Assembly: GCA_021613535.1 (NCBI GenBank)
Contig: CP075492.1
Span: forward strand, 5,952,001-6,016,000
Direction of reading: 5' to 3'
Source of the DNA: Adineta vaga
Lineage: Eukaryota; Animalia; Rotifera
DNA: 64,000 nucleotides
Numbering within the stretch: the first letter of the stretch is position 1; each line of letters begins with the position of its first letter. Both the position numbers and the translations under genes were made by a program. Shown here in pieces: positions 11,548-25,900 of this stretch. The notes below the pieces were generated by a model. It had not been told where the DNA came from and made no database searches. It was given only the letters and a program-made list of their open reading frames with translations.

Positions 11548-13137
11548 GATGCGTATAATAGTACAATGATAATCACCGTTTTGGCCAACAACGTGTTTGA
11601 AGTATGATCATCGTACTTATTTGTAAAATGATATGCATAGTCATTTTTCTCTCTTCTCTCTTTCTCCTTTTTTTCTTTCTTTCTTTCTCTTTCTTTCTTT
11701 TTTTACTCTACTAATGTTCGCGCAATACAGCACACTGACTTTACGATGGATAAATGTTCAAGAAGAATGTTGAATCCGTTGCTATTGCAGTTCTATTGTT
11801 ATTCTTAGCTCGATTTCTTCTTTTTCTTCTTGTTCTTCTTCGATCGAGTTTGATTTTGTCTTGTTCGTCTCTATATATTGCCTTCTGCATATTGTTGAAA
11901 TTCTTGGTTGATCGTTATCATTTGTTGTCGACAAGAAAGAATATCACCAAGAGTAAGAATTGCTCTCTTTCTTTCTTTCATCGACATTGTCGTCGTTAGC
12001 AGAACAAAAAAGAATGCTAAAACAGAAGAAGAAGAAGAAAGAAGAAAAAAAGTAGTTATAGTACTCGATCGGTCAGTCTCAAGATAAAGAATAGCAGACG
12101 AGACAGGCAAGATGACTGACCGACGGCATATCGTGACTGATAAGACGGAAGAAAATGAGCCCTAGTAAATTGCTCGATGTACATTAGCAACATCACCCGC
12201 CTTCGTGTCATTTTTGTCATAGAGGTCAATTTATATCAAATAGAGAGAATGAACAGGAAGACATACTATGTACTTATTTCATTACTTTTCCCTCGTTACA
12301 CTTTGCAAAAAAAAAGAAAAATTGATTTCTAATACAACTTCAACGAACAAAAAAGACGATGAACAAGAAGAAGAAGATGAAGAAATTTATTTTTTATGTA
12401 ATCGATTTTGAAATAAACACTTCAACTACTTCTATTTAACTTCTCTCTACTCTTTTGACATTTTCATATGGATGTGATGAAGAGTATCGTAACGATGATG
12501 GAATATGATAAGAACATTAAGTTTCTCCTGAGAAAATGTTGATTATACAACAATTATCTTTACTTCTTCTTCTTCTTCTTCTTTTTTATTGATTCGAGAA
12601 AGAAGACAAATATGTACGATTAGTTAATGCATATGCATAACATATTTTCTCTCATAAATATCTAAAGAATTCATTGATGGATAAGCATTTCTTGTCATTC
12701 TAACACGTAATCGAAAGCAGATGATAGAAAACGAACAAACATAAAGTGTCACTGGTCAAAGAATAATTCGTATTTATTCTGCATATAAATCTCGTCTATT
12801 TAAAGTCTATCGAACCGAATAAATATCAAAATTTCATTATAAATACATCTACAAGTGTATATTAAGGCATATGGTCCATACAATTCTGATAGAGATTAGT
12901 CATGCATACAAACGATGGTTACACAAAGATATTTATACTGCCTTATGTATAACTTCTTTCTCTTTTTCATTTCTTGCTTAAATCCAGTCAATCTCATATT
13001 TCTCTAAATGAAACATAAAACAAAGAGAATAGACTTTTTCTTTTCAAAACAAAACAACTTCACTGTATTCACTCACTATAATCCATAGATACATCATCGA
13101 AACATTCAGCTAGAGGAAAAAAACGAATTCTTAGTCA

Positions 13138-13572
13138 TTAATTTGACTTATAAATTGGATCACCGTATTGATTGACACCCACAGGTATATGTTGAGCATC
13201 CGGTGCAAAGACTAAATGTTCATGTTTATCATGATGTTGATTATTAATAGCAATCAATGGATTTTGATGATTTTCAACACCACGAATTAATTGTGCTAAA
13301 CTACTATCAGGTAATTCATCTAAAATTTTCTGTCGACAGGTTGGTGTATAAGATACTTTTCCAATGATATATCCAGCAAAAATAGCAGTACCGAGTTTCA
13401 CCCATTTGGCTTTCATTGAAATGATATTTTTTGACATAGCATATTGTGTAAAGAGAAATGAACAAACTCCTAATGGTATACTACGATAAAGAACTGATTG
13501 ACGTTCACATTCTTCTAATAATCGTGTTTCTTCACGACTTAATTGTACTGGTGAATCCGGCGGAGTAGACAT
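13138..13572 (-). CDS. OCIA domain-containing protein (OCIAD/Asrij-like)
   Basis: LSREETRLLEECERQSVLYRSIP, GYIIGKVSYTPTCRQKI, LPDSSLA, C-terminal NQYGD. Confidence 0.85.
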   Translation of the reverse strand: MSTPPDSPVQLSREETRLLEECERQSVLYRSIPLGVCSFLFTQYAMSKNIISMKAKWVKLGTAIFAGYIIGKVSYTPTCRQKILDELPDSSLAQLIRGVENHQNPLIAINNQHHDKHEHLVFAPDAQHIPVGVNQYGDPIYKSN

Positions 13573-14294
13573 CTTTTCCTTTCTACAATAAACAAGTAAA
13601 AATACAACAAAATTGTAATCATTATATCTAAGTATTTGAAAAAATATTAATTTTTCAATCTATAAGCATTGTTTTTCTATGCTATTTTCAGATGAGGTCA
13701 GTAAATATTTCACAACCTATTTTCTTTCGTTTTTCTAAAGTCGTATGATGAGATGAGTTTGTGAATCCGACATTTATTTCCATTCCTTTCATTGGTTAAA
13801 TAGAAAGGAAATGGATAAGTCTGTCTATATCCGACATCTATTGAATGTCTAACAAGTTAGTTCTTCATATATTTAGTGCGATTAAAGTCGAGAGGTTAAA
13901 AGCAAGTGAAATTATTATTCAAACACCTATCGCAAGGTTGAATACTTTGATGATTGTTAACATCAAAGTTCACTTCAAGAATTTGAGTGTCGGTAAAAGT
14001 AAGTAAAATTCAAGGTCAATCATTTCATCTTAAGTTATTCAAATCACAAGTCATTGCAACACATCAACTTCAATCCACACCAATATGAAAACTTTCTTCT
14101 GCTTTGAACAAAGAAATTTTACAATCAATGTCATAATCGTCTTCCACATGATGGAAGATACGAACAAATATTGACTTCTATATACTACTAAACTCATTAG
14201 GAAGTTAAGATAGAATTGTTGCTCTGGCAAACAACAAATTTCTTCGCTGTTCGCACAATTTCGTCATCGCAACATGAATCCGATTTTTTCAGAT

Positions 14295-14480
14295 TATATA
14301 CCTCTTGGTAAATGTAATAAGTAACTTTATTGTAACAAAGAAAAGCACAAGTTCTTTCTCGTCCGCACACATATTATTTCAATTTACTATGTTGAAAATG
14401 ATTTCAATAGGGACACTGGTGAGGTCGCATTCTGCCAATAGAATCATCCATTACTTATTACATTTACCAAGAGGTATATA
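14295..14480. mobile_element. Small MITE with perfect 30-bp inverted ends, TA-flanked (Tc1/mariner-like)
   Basis: 14295-14324 TATATACCTCTTGGTAAATGTAATAAGTAA is the exact reverse complement of 14451-14480. No ORF inside. Confidence 0.8.
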
Positions 14481-14646
14481 GAAAAAAACAAAAACAAAGT
14501 TGCGATGACGATATTCAACGGATAGAAGAGCGATCTTCCGTCTGCCAGAGCGACTAATTCTCTTAAATAATTGAATAGAAATTGATCAAAAAATCATTTA
14601 TTTGAAATCCATCATTATTTGTGGTAGAAAAATTTGACTGAATGAC

Positions 14647-15270
14647 TTAACTATCATGTGCATGTTTATATGCACTAAGGAAAAAATTGAAAACAAAAGA
14701 TATCGAAAACATAAACGGAATACGATAATAAGGTGAAATATATCGAAAATTGATAATCTGAACAGGTATAAAGATAGCACAATCAGCAATATAAAGTGGA
14801 AGGAAATTGGCTTTAGCATCCTTTTTCAATTCTTGAATCGTTGTACGACCTTCCAACATTGACGTACCTTAATAAAAGAGAAATGTTTATGAAAGAAAAG
14901 GAACGAATTAGTCGATGAGATTTACCAATGACATAAGTAATTGTATAAATAGGTGCAGCAATTGTTTGATCGAGTACAACTTTTTTAAATACGTTACGCC
15001 ATGTTGGTTGTGCTATAAGACGATCAAGAAATTTATACCAAATATATCCTTCAAGACCAAGAGTTGCTCCAGTAGCACAAGCAGCGCCTGCAATTAAAAC
15101 GATTAGAAAAGAATCTCTGCAATGATGAACATACGTAAACGCTTCTGATCGATTGATTTCTTTCTTTCATAGAAATATTGTGCACAGTAGTCGCCGAGAG
15201 TAAGAAGACCTGTTGCCGAAGATATACCGATAAGAAATTGTTGATAACGACGAATAAACAAAATATTCAT
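14647..15270 (-). CDS. Mpv17/PMP22 (PXMP2) family membrane protein, 3 exons
   Basis: LLTLGDYCAQ, WYKFLDR, VFKKVVLDQTIAAP, PVQIINFRYISPYYR. Confidence 0.9.
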
Positions 15271-15804
15271 TCTACAGTTAAAAAAAGATGTCGAACTTTC
15301 CTATACGTTTTAGTTTCGAAAATTGATGCCGAATCGAAAAGTCTACATTTCAGATGAATCAAAAGTAACAAAGAAAGTTTGTGTCTCTTCGTGCTTTTAT
15401 CTGTTGTTAACTTCTTTTATCAAAAGCGATTATAGAAGGATAAGATAATGTTACATATATATATATACATCCTTGATGTCACACGATCATTTGGTCATCG
15501 TATTCAGATAATACTCATTTCTTCTCCATTCCTTAACTGAGACGAGGAAATGCGAACAACACTCTAGACAATAGCCACCTTTCTTGAATAAAACTTTAAC
15601 AAAAATCACATTTGGTTTTTTGTTTATCTTGAATACAATACAAAAATGGAGTTGTTACAGTAATATATCAATAGAAAAAAAAGAAGATGAACAAGTTCGT
15701 GTTTATAAAACTTAGACAAACAAGATCAAAGTTTGTTCTTTTTTAATAATCAAGAGAAAAAAACTTTTTTGAAGAGATAAGTTCGTTTTTATGAAAAGTC
15801 ATTC

Positions 15805-16149
15805 TTAACGAGCTGACGCTGCTGCTCCAGCACCTCCACCTGACTCATTGTTGTTATTTCCACCGGCTTTCTTTTGTTCGGCTAATAGTTGTTTTTCACG
15901 CATCCTTAACACAAAACAACGCTTGTATTATTTCAACATCTCAGATTAAAATTACTTTGCTGCATCTCGTATTTGACGTTCTTGTAATGATAAACCTTTA
16001 TTTGCCTCGGTTTCGGCTGCTGATTGTGCTTTACCCTTGTTATTTTTCATATTTTTTTCACGAGCAAGATCGCTAAAACATGAAGGAAAAGACTCAATTC
16101 AATTCAAGAGAGAACTTTGCAATATTCACCGTTGATTGCCGCGCGTCAT
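15805..16149 (-). CDS. SERF: Small EDRK-rich factor (SERF/4F5), 3 exons; absent from the ORF track
   Basis: Spliced MTRGNQRDLAREKNMK...RQIRDAAKMREKQ. Confidence 0.9.
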
Positions 16150-17180
16150 GATATCTGTCGGTAATCTCAAAATGTTCGATCTAAAACGAACGAAATCAAA
16201 TGTAAAACCTGTATTTAACCATATAATAATTTTCTTTTATTAGTTGCCTTCTGTTTTTGTTTTCCTTTAAGTAAATCATAATGAAAAAAAAAAGAAACGA
16301 ACAAATAAACAACACCAATAACAAGAACAATTTTTAAACACTTCGTTCTCTTCTAAAAAAAAACAATCACGAATAAATACATGTTTTTTTCCTTCATCAT
16401 GTGCACAAAGAATAAACTAACTAGATGACATATTGAGAGAGAAAGAGTTAAAAGAGAAAGAAATCTGATGGTTTTGTGAAAGACATATACACAGAGAGAG
16501 AGAGAGACAGCGAGAGAGAAGGATTTAGGGACATTCGAAAGGTGAGTTTATATCAGCAGTAGATCAACCACCGGAGTTGTCGATTGTTGTTGCTAAGAAA
16601 GAAAAGATTAAGCTACATATCTACGGTTGAAAGTAGGAAGGGAAAGACAGAATGATTTCAGGTTATAGTTTTTATCATCCTACACTCATTCAGAAATATT
16701 ACATTCAGAAAATAGAGAAAGACAAAGACAAAACAGACAAACAAATTATGTAGACAGAGAAAGAAAGAAAGAAAGAAAGAGAAAATCGTTTGATAAGAAA
16801 ATATGCGCAACACAGCAAGCACATGATATAAACATAGCAAAAAGAAACTCTTCGGTGTAAATCAATGTAGTTCTTTTAGATACATAACAAGAAGAGAAGA
16901 AACTGTCAAATAGCTTAGATAATAGATAATAGATAATAATAATAATAGTAGTAATAGTAATAATAATAGATTTTTTTAACAATTCCAATCTATACATACA
17001 TAATAATCCAATGGAATCATCAATTAAATATTTTCTTTAGGAACAAAAATATATAAATCGAGATCAAATTCACTTATACATACAGATTTCTAGAAAAGAA
17101 AGGCTAAACCGGAGTGTGTTTTGTATTTGTTGTAATGAAAATTGGAAGAGAGGATGAACAATTGAGAGAGAAGATACGGA

Positions 17181-20024
17181 CTAAGTTGTAGTTGAACGTA
17201 ATAAATCAATGGCATCGAAAATATACAGGAGAAAATCTAATGTTGAATCATCACGTGATAAACGTCGATTTTGATTTTGTCGTAATAACTGTTCAAGAAA
17301 TTCTAAATTTTTTAACAAAGAATAAAATCAGATCGTTTTTTTTTCTTTCTTTTTCCTTACTTTTTGATGGTTCTTCACGTGTTAAACGTTCGGCTTTATT
17401 CCAATAATACGTTGAATGATATGAAGGTAACATAGATTTCGAAAAATCCAATAGAGTATGAGAATTCATATCTTCAGGCGATTTTGAATGATTACAATAT
17501 TCAACGACTTGAGTAGCACATCGTTCAATTGATGAAAAATTTGTATTAAATTGTAAATGATAGATATAAGATTGAAGCCAATAACTAAAGAATAAAACTA
17601 AATTTTTCCAAAACAAAAAATGAAGACGAATTGTTTCTTACTCGATTAAAAGAAATTTCGGCCGAATATAATTCAATGATTCAGCTGATGGATTTGTAGA
17701 TATATGAAACATTTTTTGATAATTATATGCTAGATGTCTAAATGAATGTAGAAAAAGCAAGACAATGATAGTTTAGAAGAGATTGATTGATTCTTTTTTT
17801 TTCAAACTGACTGAAGCATTGCTAATGTTGCTGTTAGTAAAGCTGTACATTGTTCAACAATAGGTTCATTATGAGCACATTGAATGAAATAACAAACAGA
17901 TTCCAAATATAAAGACATGGATTGTTTAATATCTTCGAATGTTCGTTTTTCACCATCAGCTTGTTTCTTTTTTTCTCGAGCTAAAGAATTTAATTCTTTT
18001 TTCGACATATTTCTATACAGAAAAAAAACCAAATCATTCTATACGAATCTTCAAATAAAAATATCGTGATTTTTTACTTTAAATTAGCATAGTTTGCTCT
18101 CGTTGAACTACTTGTAGTCGTTGGTAAACGATCTGAAGTATTTATAACATTTGAATTATTCGTAGTAGATGAAGCATTATCAACAGATGTCATTTGCAAT
18201 AATGGTTTAACACTAGAGAAAAAGAAAATAGTTCATTTACATTTTACTTTTCAGTCAACATACTTAGCAGTAGGTTTTTCTTTTCTCGGTTGTACAATCA
18301 TTGGTGCAACAGTTGCCATATTTCCCATAGTTGGTCTTTCATTAGGTGAAAGAAAATTTGACATAGATTGTGCTTCAGTTTTGATGTTCGTTAACGTCGA
18401 AACAATAGCTGGCTCTTGTTTATAGACATGACTAGTTTTACTTTTCTTTTGTTGCGTATTATTTCCTGCAATTGAATTATCAGATATATCTGGATTAGGT
18501 TCATGTTTAATCGATCCATTAATATCTCGTTTTGATTTTCTTTGCGATTTTTCAATAGGTTGATTATCTATATGTATATGTATATGAAATTAAGAAATAT
18601 ATAAAATGAGAAATTAGTTCTATACCTTCTGCTTGAATACATTGATCAAAAAATAAATATGTCGGAATGGTTATCGGAAGTGTAGGTTGTTTCATATCAA
18701 TTGGAATATTTACAAATGATGAAAACGATCGAATTAATTCTTTTCGTTTTATTGGTTTAGTTTGTTCGACAGGTGTTGTCGATGGTAAACTTCGTTTAAC
18801 AGGTGGATTCGATGATTCAGTTGGTGATTGTGTTGCAAAAATAAAATCAGATAATGAGAATGTATTCAGATTCTACAAAAAGAATTGATTTCATTTTTAT
18901 TTTCATATGAAATTAAAACCATACCGTTTCATTAGTTTCATCTTCATTCTTTATATTACTACGAATAGATGCTTCTTCGTCATCACTGTCGGAATGTTGA
19001 TTTTTTCTATACATAAAAGGAATATTAAAATATCAATACAAATGGATATGTCGTTGAAAATTACATTGGATTCTCATTGGGTAATTTTTCATCATCATCT
19101 TCTTCTTCTTCTTCTTCATCATCATTCTCATCCTCACTTAGATTAATATCGGTTTCATGATCTAATGCAAGATTTGCTTGACAACTATAAATGATATATA
19201 TATATGTGTTTAATGTTCATACATAATGAAAAGAAATTACTTTTCTTTGATATTATCAAGATGTTCTAAAAAAACAAAACAATTGTTATAGTTTGTAATT
19301 TCAATAACGATTCTTTTACTTGATTGTCTGGAAATCGTTTCAGAGAACTTTGTTAAAGTTAATGGCGCAACTAACTATAATCGAAAAACATGTTTTCTAT
19401 GCAATGAATATTATCATCAAAGAAATCTACCTTAAATATAAGTGGAACAAGTTGTTCGTATGTTTGTAACTGTCTGTTCTTCTGAATAGATAGAACAGTA
19501 TTTGTAAAATGAATCGAGAATGATGGATATTTTCAAAAACCTACAGAAATCATCGAATGATTGGAATTTGTCACGGGAGAAACTTGTTGATTATTTGTTC
19601 GTGATTGTGAACTATAAGAAGGAAAATGATGTATTTATTTAATATTAATCAGACAATATAATCTTTACGTGATATTTATTCGAGGCGGATGTTGAATAGA
19701 TAAATCCATACTTTGTTGTCTACAATAATCGACAACAGCTGGTGCAAGTCCAAGAATTTGTTCCGCTTTTTTTCCAAGTTCATTTGGCTAATAAAATGGA
19801 TTGGAATTATTGTTTGTTTTTTTTTGTTTAGAGAAAGTTCCTACCATAAAACGATGACCATTTGTCATTGTATGACTACTTGAGGTAGTCTCGATTGTTG
19901 TTGATGAATTTCGTTTAACTATCGACGATGACGAGGAAGAAATTGATGAGGATGAACGATGATGATTACGATTTGTATTAAAGATTTCAGGTAATTGTTG
20001 CTGAGGAGCAATATCAACCACCAT
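17181..20024 (-). CDS. AF4/FMR2 family (AFF/lilliputian) elongation factor, multi-exon
   Basis: N-terminal NELGKKAEQILG segment, Ser-rich middle, and C-terminal homology domain (AREKKKQAD...LYLESVCYFIQCA; WNKAERL; EFLEQL...DFLLYIFDAIDLLR). Confidence 0.7.
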
Positions 20025-21406
20025 GGCTAAAATAAACGAAGAGAATAGTTGGTAAATAAATTTCTTCTTTTTTTTTCGGAGGTCAAAGAAATTGCATTAT
20101 CTCTTCTATCGTCCTGTACTGTTTAAAATAGAAAAAAGGAGGGCAATCAGACCATACATGTCAGTTCTCATCGAGTAATGTGTATAGGGTAAAGAAGAAA
20201 AAAAAGGGAGAGAAAGAGAAAAATTCTACCCGTTTTGCTTTTCTCTCGTGATGTATGTATGTATGTATGTGTGTGTCTATGTGTGCGTTAGGTATTGTTG
20301 CTTCTGTTCGATGAAAGCATACAGACAACATTAATGTATAAATTACGTTATTATTGTTAAGTAGAAGAAGAAGAAGAAGAAGAAAAACTAGGAATTGTTA
20401 TCCATATTTTATCATTGATAAAGGAAATATTATATCATCATACTAGTTCAGAAACCTTGGATATTCTAGAAAGTATCACATGAATATATTCTTCTTATTC
20501 TCCTCCTCCTTTTCTAACTGATTCGATGTTCGAAGAAAAAATGCGATGCGTCAATGACGAATATTCGTTTGTGAGAAAAAAAATAAATGTATGATATACA
20601 ACGTCTGAATGACGTTAACGAAATATTCCTAATAAACAAAAAATACCGATTATTCAGGTAAATGAATAGACGATACAAATAATTATAAATAACTTTATCT
20701 TAGACGTCACAATAATCTACTGAATGCTTTTCAAGTCAATGAATAAGAAATTGATAAAGATAATAAGTAACAAACTAGACAATGATATGAAGAACTCTTT
20801 CATAGACATCAACATATCCTCGAAGATAACAAGAGCAAAAAACGGCGATGTTACGTCTCATTCTTACTTCACTTTTCTTTTTTTGCTTTCGTTCTCGAGT
20901 CGATTCTATCAAATTAAAACAAGAAGAAGAGAGAAAAGAAGAAAAAAGAAAAGGAAAAATTGCTTAGATCGACAACATCAGCTCGTCCCACTTCATTAAA
21001 TATCATCAATGAATATATACATATAAATAGATATATACATTCATTTATACCTATACATACACTATCAATATCAGAAGAGTTACTCAGATCGACGAAGAAA
21101 ACAAAAAGTCATATCGAAAGATTTCATTTGAAAATAGATATACAAACAAGTCATTTTCTTCAAGCACTTACACAATCGTTAATATATATAAGTCAGGACT
21201 TCCGGAACAATGAACAGAGATATTCTTTTTTACTCTTTCAAGTCGCTTTTCTTTTGTCGTCACGCGAATCAATCTTACACACTTTTCTTTTGCATATATG
21301 TGTATGTGTGTGTGTTTTTTCTGTTCTTTTTTTTCGTCACCAACCCAGTTTTTTCCTCTGTCTCTGTCTCTCGCTCTCCTTCTTCATCCTAAACGCCTTT
21401 ACATGA

Positions 21407-21433
21407 GAAGAAGAAGAAGAAGAAGAAGAAGAA
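21407..21433 (+). repeat. (GAA)n microsatellite; one of many short GA/GAA/GT/TA tracts in the intergenic DNA
   Basis: gaagaagaagaagaagaagaagaagaa seen directly. Confidence 0.9.
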
Positions 21434-22943
21434 AAAACGCGAGCTCTACGTGTTCGTGTGCATATGTAACATACACACGGTCTAATGTCAATATCGTCCT
21501 TAGTCTTCAATTGTTAGAAACAAAATACAAAAACATACCTTCAGGGAAAAACGAACTTTAAACAAGAACAGATCAAAATATCATTTTTGAATCGATGACT
21601 ATTAAACAAGAAATAAAAGTAAATTGTGTATATTTGAAACACAAGAACATTTTCATACATGTATACCCTGTCGGTTTGAGTAGATTAAGTTAAATGTATT
21701 ATTGTATACGCGTCGATGGTCTACAAAACGAAAAAGAAAAAGAAACGAAAGTGAAAATGTAATGACGAAAGAACAGAAAGAAAAATATTTGATTTCGTAA
21801 GAATCTGAGTCAGATATCTCACTGGATTTTTTCAACTCTTGCATGAATAGAAGAAATAATTATGAAATATAAAGTCATGTATATTAACACTTCTAACTTT
21901 TGTTATCTTGAATAGAACGAGACAATTTCTTTCCCATTGACAAGTCAGGAAAGAAAACTTACATCAGAAAGAAGAGAAAAAAAAACAACACAAGCTTACT
22001 TACTTGTTTTATGTTGCGTTCTCTTTTTTTTTCTTCTTCTCTACTTTATTAAAAACTTCGTCATAATAAAATGGAAGAAGGGTCATGATATTCGTCCATG
22101 AAGCACAGGTGTATGTGTGTGTGTGTGTGTGATGATAGAAATATACTTTCTAACAAATCGACAAGAATAAAAATTGCTTTTTCACAAGAAAAAATTAGGG
22201 TTCAATTCACAATTCTTTTCGATAATGATCAAATAACCTTCAAATGGCTAGAGTTCATCAATTGAACAAGCCCTTTACTTTTTCTTTTTTTACTCTTTCT
22301 CGTATCTTCATATCATTTACACAATCTTTACGTTCATTTAATGATAAAAATAGAATTGAATAATGTGCAAAAAAAAAAGAAACGACGAAACATGATCAGT
22401 TGATATCTAAGTGATAAATAAACAACAAAATCTAAAATGTAAAAAACAAGTTAACTATCTTTCGACCAACTTCAGTGCATATTTTTCCTGATGATGATGT
22501 GTGAAATCGAAAAAGAAATTCGTCAAGGAAAATAAGGTTTTTTCATGAAATGAAGAAAAAAAACATTATTTCATCGGTAAATAGACATAACACATAAGTG
22601 TCTTGTCGTATTTCTTCTTTCTTTCTTTATTCCCAAATAGACAGCTGATTTTCAATTGAAAGAACCAATCAACTCTGCTCGATGGAAGAGAGCTTTTTAT
22701 TGGTGTATATATTCACTAATAGAATAAACATAGAAGACAGAACAGGAATTTTTCTTTTTTAAAGTGTGCAGTTTTCACTCTTCTGTTTCTTTTGCTTCTA
22801 TTTAATCAATGACAAATTTCGATTCGATTATTTGTATTTGTAATTCAATCCGTCGTTAAGAACTTTTAACAAAACAGATATTTTACTGAAAAATCATTGT
22901 CATGTGGTATACTATCTTAATTTCGATAGGCTTTGTTTTCTAG

Positions 22944-25900
22944 ATGACGAATATTTCAGCACCTGAACAAGAACCTTTACCACAAAAAACAAATGGATAT
23001 AGTCATACGAATGATCTATCTATTCGACAAAGCGAATCGAATACAATAGATATTCGTTCACGTTATTGGATCTTTTTATTTGATAATTTAAAACGATCGA
23101 TAGAACAGATCTATCAAACATGTGAATCGGATCAAAATATATCTCAATGTCAAGTTCGTTTTTGAGAAAGATTTTCTTCAATGTGTTTTCTTTTCATATG
23201 TTGTATAGGAAGTTGTAGAATATCTATGTCAATGTTATAAAGATTTTGAACGACTTACGAAAAAATATCAATTCGAACAAAGTTTTGTAAAAAGGTGAAA
23301 ATAGAAAAACGAAATATGATTGTACTAATCGTAATTTTGTGATTCTAGACCTATTGAACATTCCAATTCTATTGCTAATGGTAAAATTTTACGAAAAATA
23401 ATCTTTTGTAGAAGTTAGAAATCTTTCTATAGGTGAAATATTTCATTCAAGTAATGTCTTACGTCGTCAAAAACGTTTAAATAACAGTGATGTAAATTTA
23501 AATGTAAATAACAATTCTTTTCATCGTTCATCGAATGATTTTACTAAATTAAAAAGACAAAAATCAAATAAACATCGTCATTTACCTGATAGTTCAAGTT
23601 TACTTTCATTACCTTCACTATTTTCATCGTCTACATTAACGAATGATTCATCCGTGGCATTATTTACCAATGTCAATCAGTCGATGAAACGATTTTTACC
23701 TGAAGAAACAGGTGGTGATACGGATGATGAATCGATTGATATCAATCGATATTATCGTTATCAACAACGAATGAAAGAAGAAAATATGACGTCAGATGAC
23801 GAAGGTGATGATGTTTTATCGAAAAATCATCCTGGAATGATGGATTTTATGGATCGAGTAAGTACATTTCTTAAAGATATATTAGAATACATGTTCGCTT
23901 GTCTGTTTTCAGCAAATTATTGATGCATTTGATCAAGAAGAATCTCTAACTGCCGCATTAGAAGCCGAACAAGAACGAACAATTGCTTCACTAATGGCTG
24001 AACAAGAAGATCTTGAACAGCAATTGAATAATGTCAGTGATGATGATCTCTTACTAGGTGGTGATGATGGATCTGAATTAGAAGAGAGTGAACTATCCGT
24101 AAGTAGAAACTTGATTCTTATCTTTCGATGAATTATTTATCTTATAGACGACAAAAACGTCCAGTTATTTCATGTCTTTACAAGACGATCAAGAAGATAA
24201 AGATTTAAGTCTGATTGATTTCTCACGTGATGAAATGGATTTCAATTGTGATGGAAAATCTCGTACGAAACAACTTCGTCTTCATGAAAAACTCTCATCA
24301 CCTTCACGTTTTCGGTACATCTTTTCTTCTTCTCTATCAAAAATAACAAACAATTCATATTCTTTGTAGACCTTTAAGTGAAACACTTCGCGAAGCAGCT
24401 GAACGTCAAGGTATGTGCATATGAATCTATCTTTTCTATCTTAATCTGCTGCTATTCACTTAGCACGAGCATTAACAAAACGACAAACTTTACGCGATGA
24501 AAAAGCTCGTAAATTACGCGAATTAACACAACGAGTAAAACTTCAATTTTACTTAAACTATGTCATTTCGTTTTCTTCTGATTCAGGTTGATGAAGTTCG
24601 TCAATGGAAAGAAGAACTTATAAAAGCTCGTAAAAGTACCATCGAAATCAAAATGCAACGAGCAGAAGAAAAACGTCAATATTTACTATTACTAAAAGCA
24701 AAAAAAGCCGGTGATGAAGATGTCAAAGGTCAAGAAATTGCGTTTATTAACTGTTTACAACAAGAAAATCGTCGACAAACATTAAAAGAGCGTTATCAAA
24801 AAGAAGAACAATTTAAACAATATCTTGAAGAAGAACGTGTCAAAAAGCATGATGAACATAAACAAAAAGAATTAGCAGCTGAAAATCGACGAAAACAATT
24901 AGAAGCCTTACGACAAACTCGATTGAATGAAATGCAAGAAAAACGAAAAACAAAAGAGAAAATGATTGAACAACATTTAAATGAAAAGCGCAAACAAAAA
25001 CAAACAGCAGCATTTGAAAAACAGAAGTAATTTGAATGTTTCCACAAAGAATTACTGACAATATCATTGTTTATTAAATTTCAGAAGTTTTCAACAGAAA
25101 CGTGCTGAACGTGTTGCACATCTTAAAGAATCAACAGTTGAATTGAAGAAAAAACTGGCATTAAAAGTTTGTTTTTATTTTTCTGATCTATCGTATATAT
25201 ATTCATTTGATTGTAGCAAGAAGAAAGTGCTCGACGACATATTACTCAATTAGAAGAAATTCGCCGAAAAGCAATGGAAATGAGCATATTTCGTGGTCCA
25301 AGTGCCGAAGATCATTATCATATATCTCCAGTTCATAATGATAGTAAAACAACAACATCGGCAACTGGTATTCTCACAACTGAAGATCCTATTACAGCAA
25401 CTCGTAAATGTTGTACATTATGCAATCTTCTGGTTTGTAATCTAATTTTAATGAATGATTTTATCGAATAAATTTATCCTTCTTCTAGTTAGCATCTGAT
25501 CTTCATTTACAAACACATCTACGTGGTACTCGTCATAATCAATTATTATTTGAACGATTTCATCAAAAGAATGAAAATGGAACTAAAAAACCATTCACTC
25601 AGGAAGAAATCGTAAGATGTCAATCTCAATTTGTTTCATATGAATAAGAAATTATTGTTTAGGATGCGTTCAATACGGAATGTATAATAGTTGTAACAAG
25701 TGATGATATCGTTCGACAAGAACTTGCTTATAGTCGAGAAAGAAAACATACAATGAAGAAACGTGCGAAGAAATTACGTCTACGAATCGCTCAACGGTGA
25801 GATCCGTGTTTTTTTCTTGCCGAGAGAAAATATCATTTTGTATGAATTTAGATCGGCAGCATATGAAGCCGAAAATGCTCAACGACCCTATTTAACATCT

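Noticed and set aside
20100-22900. Short ORFs between the AF4/FMR2 and SCAPER genes
   Set aside because: Low-complexity, microsatellite-derived translations with no motifs; most likely divergent promoter and UTR DNA.
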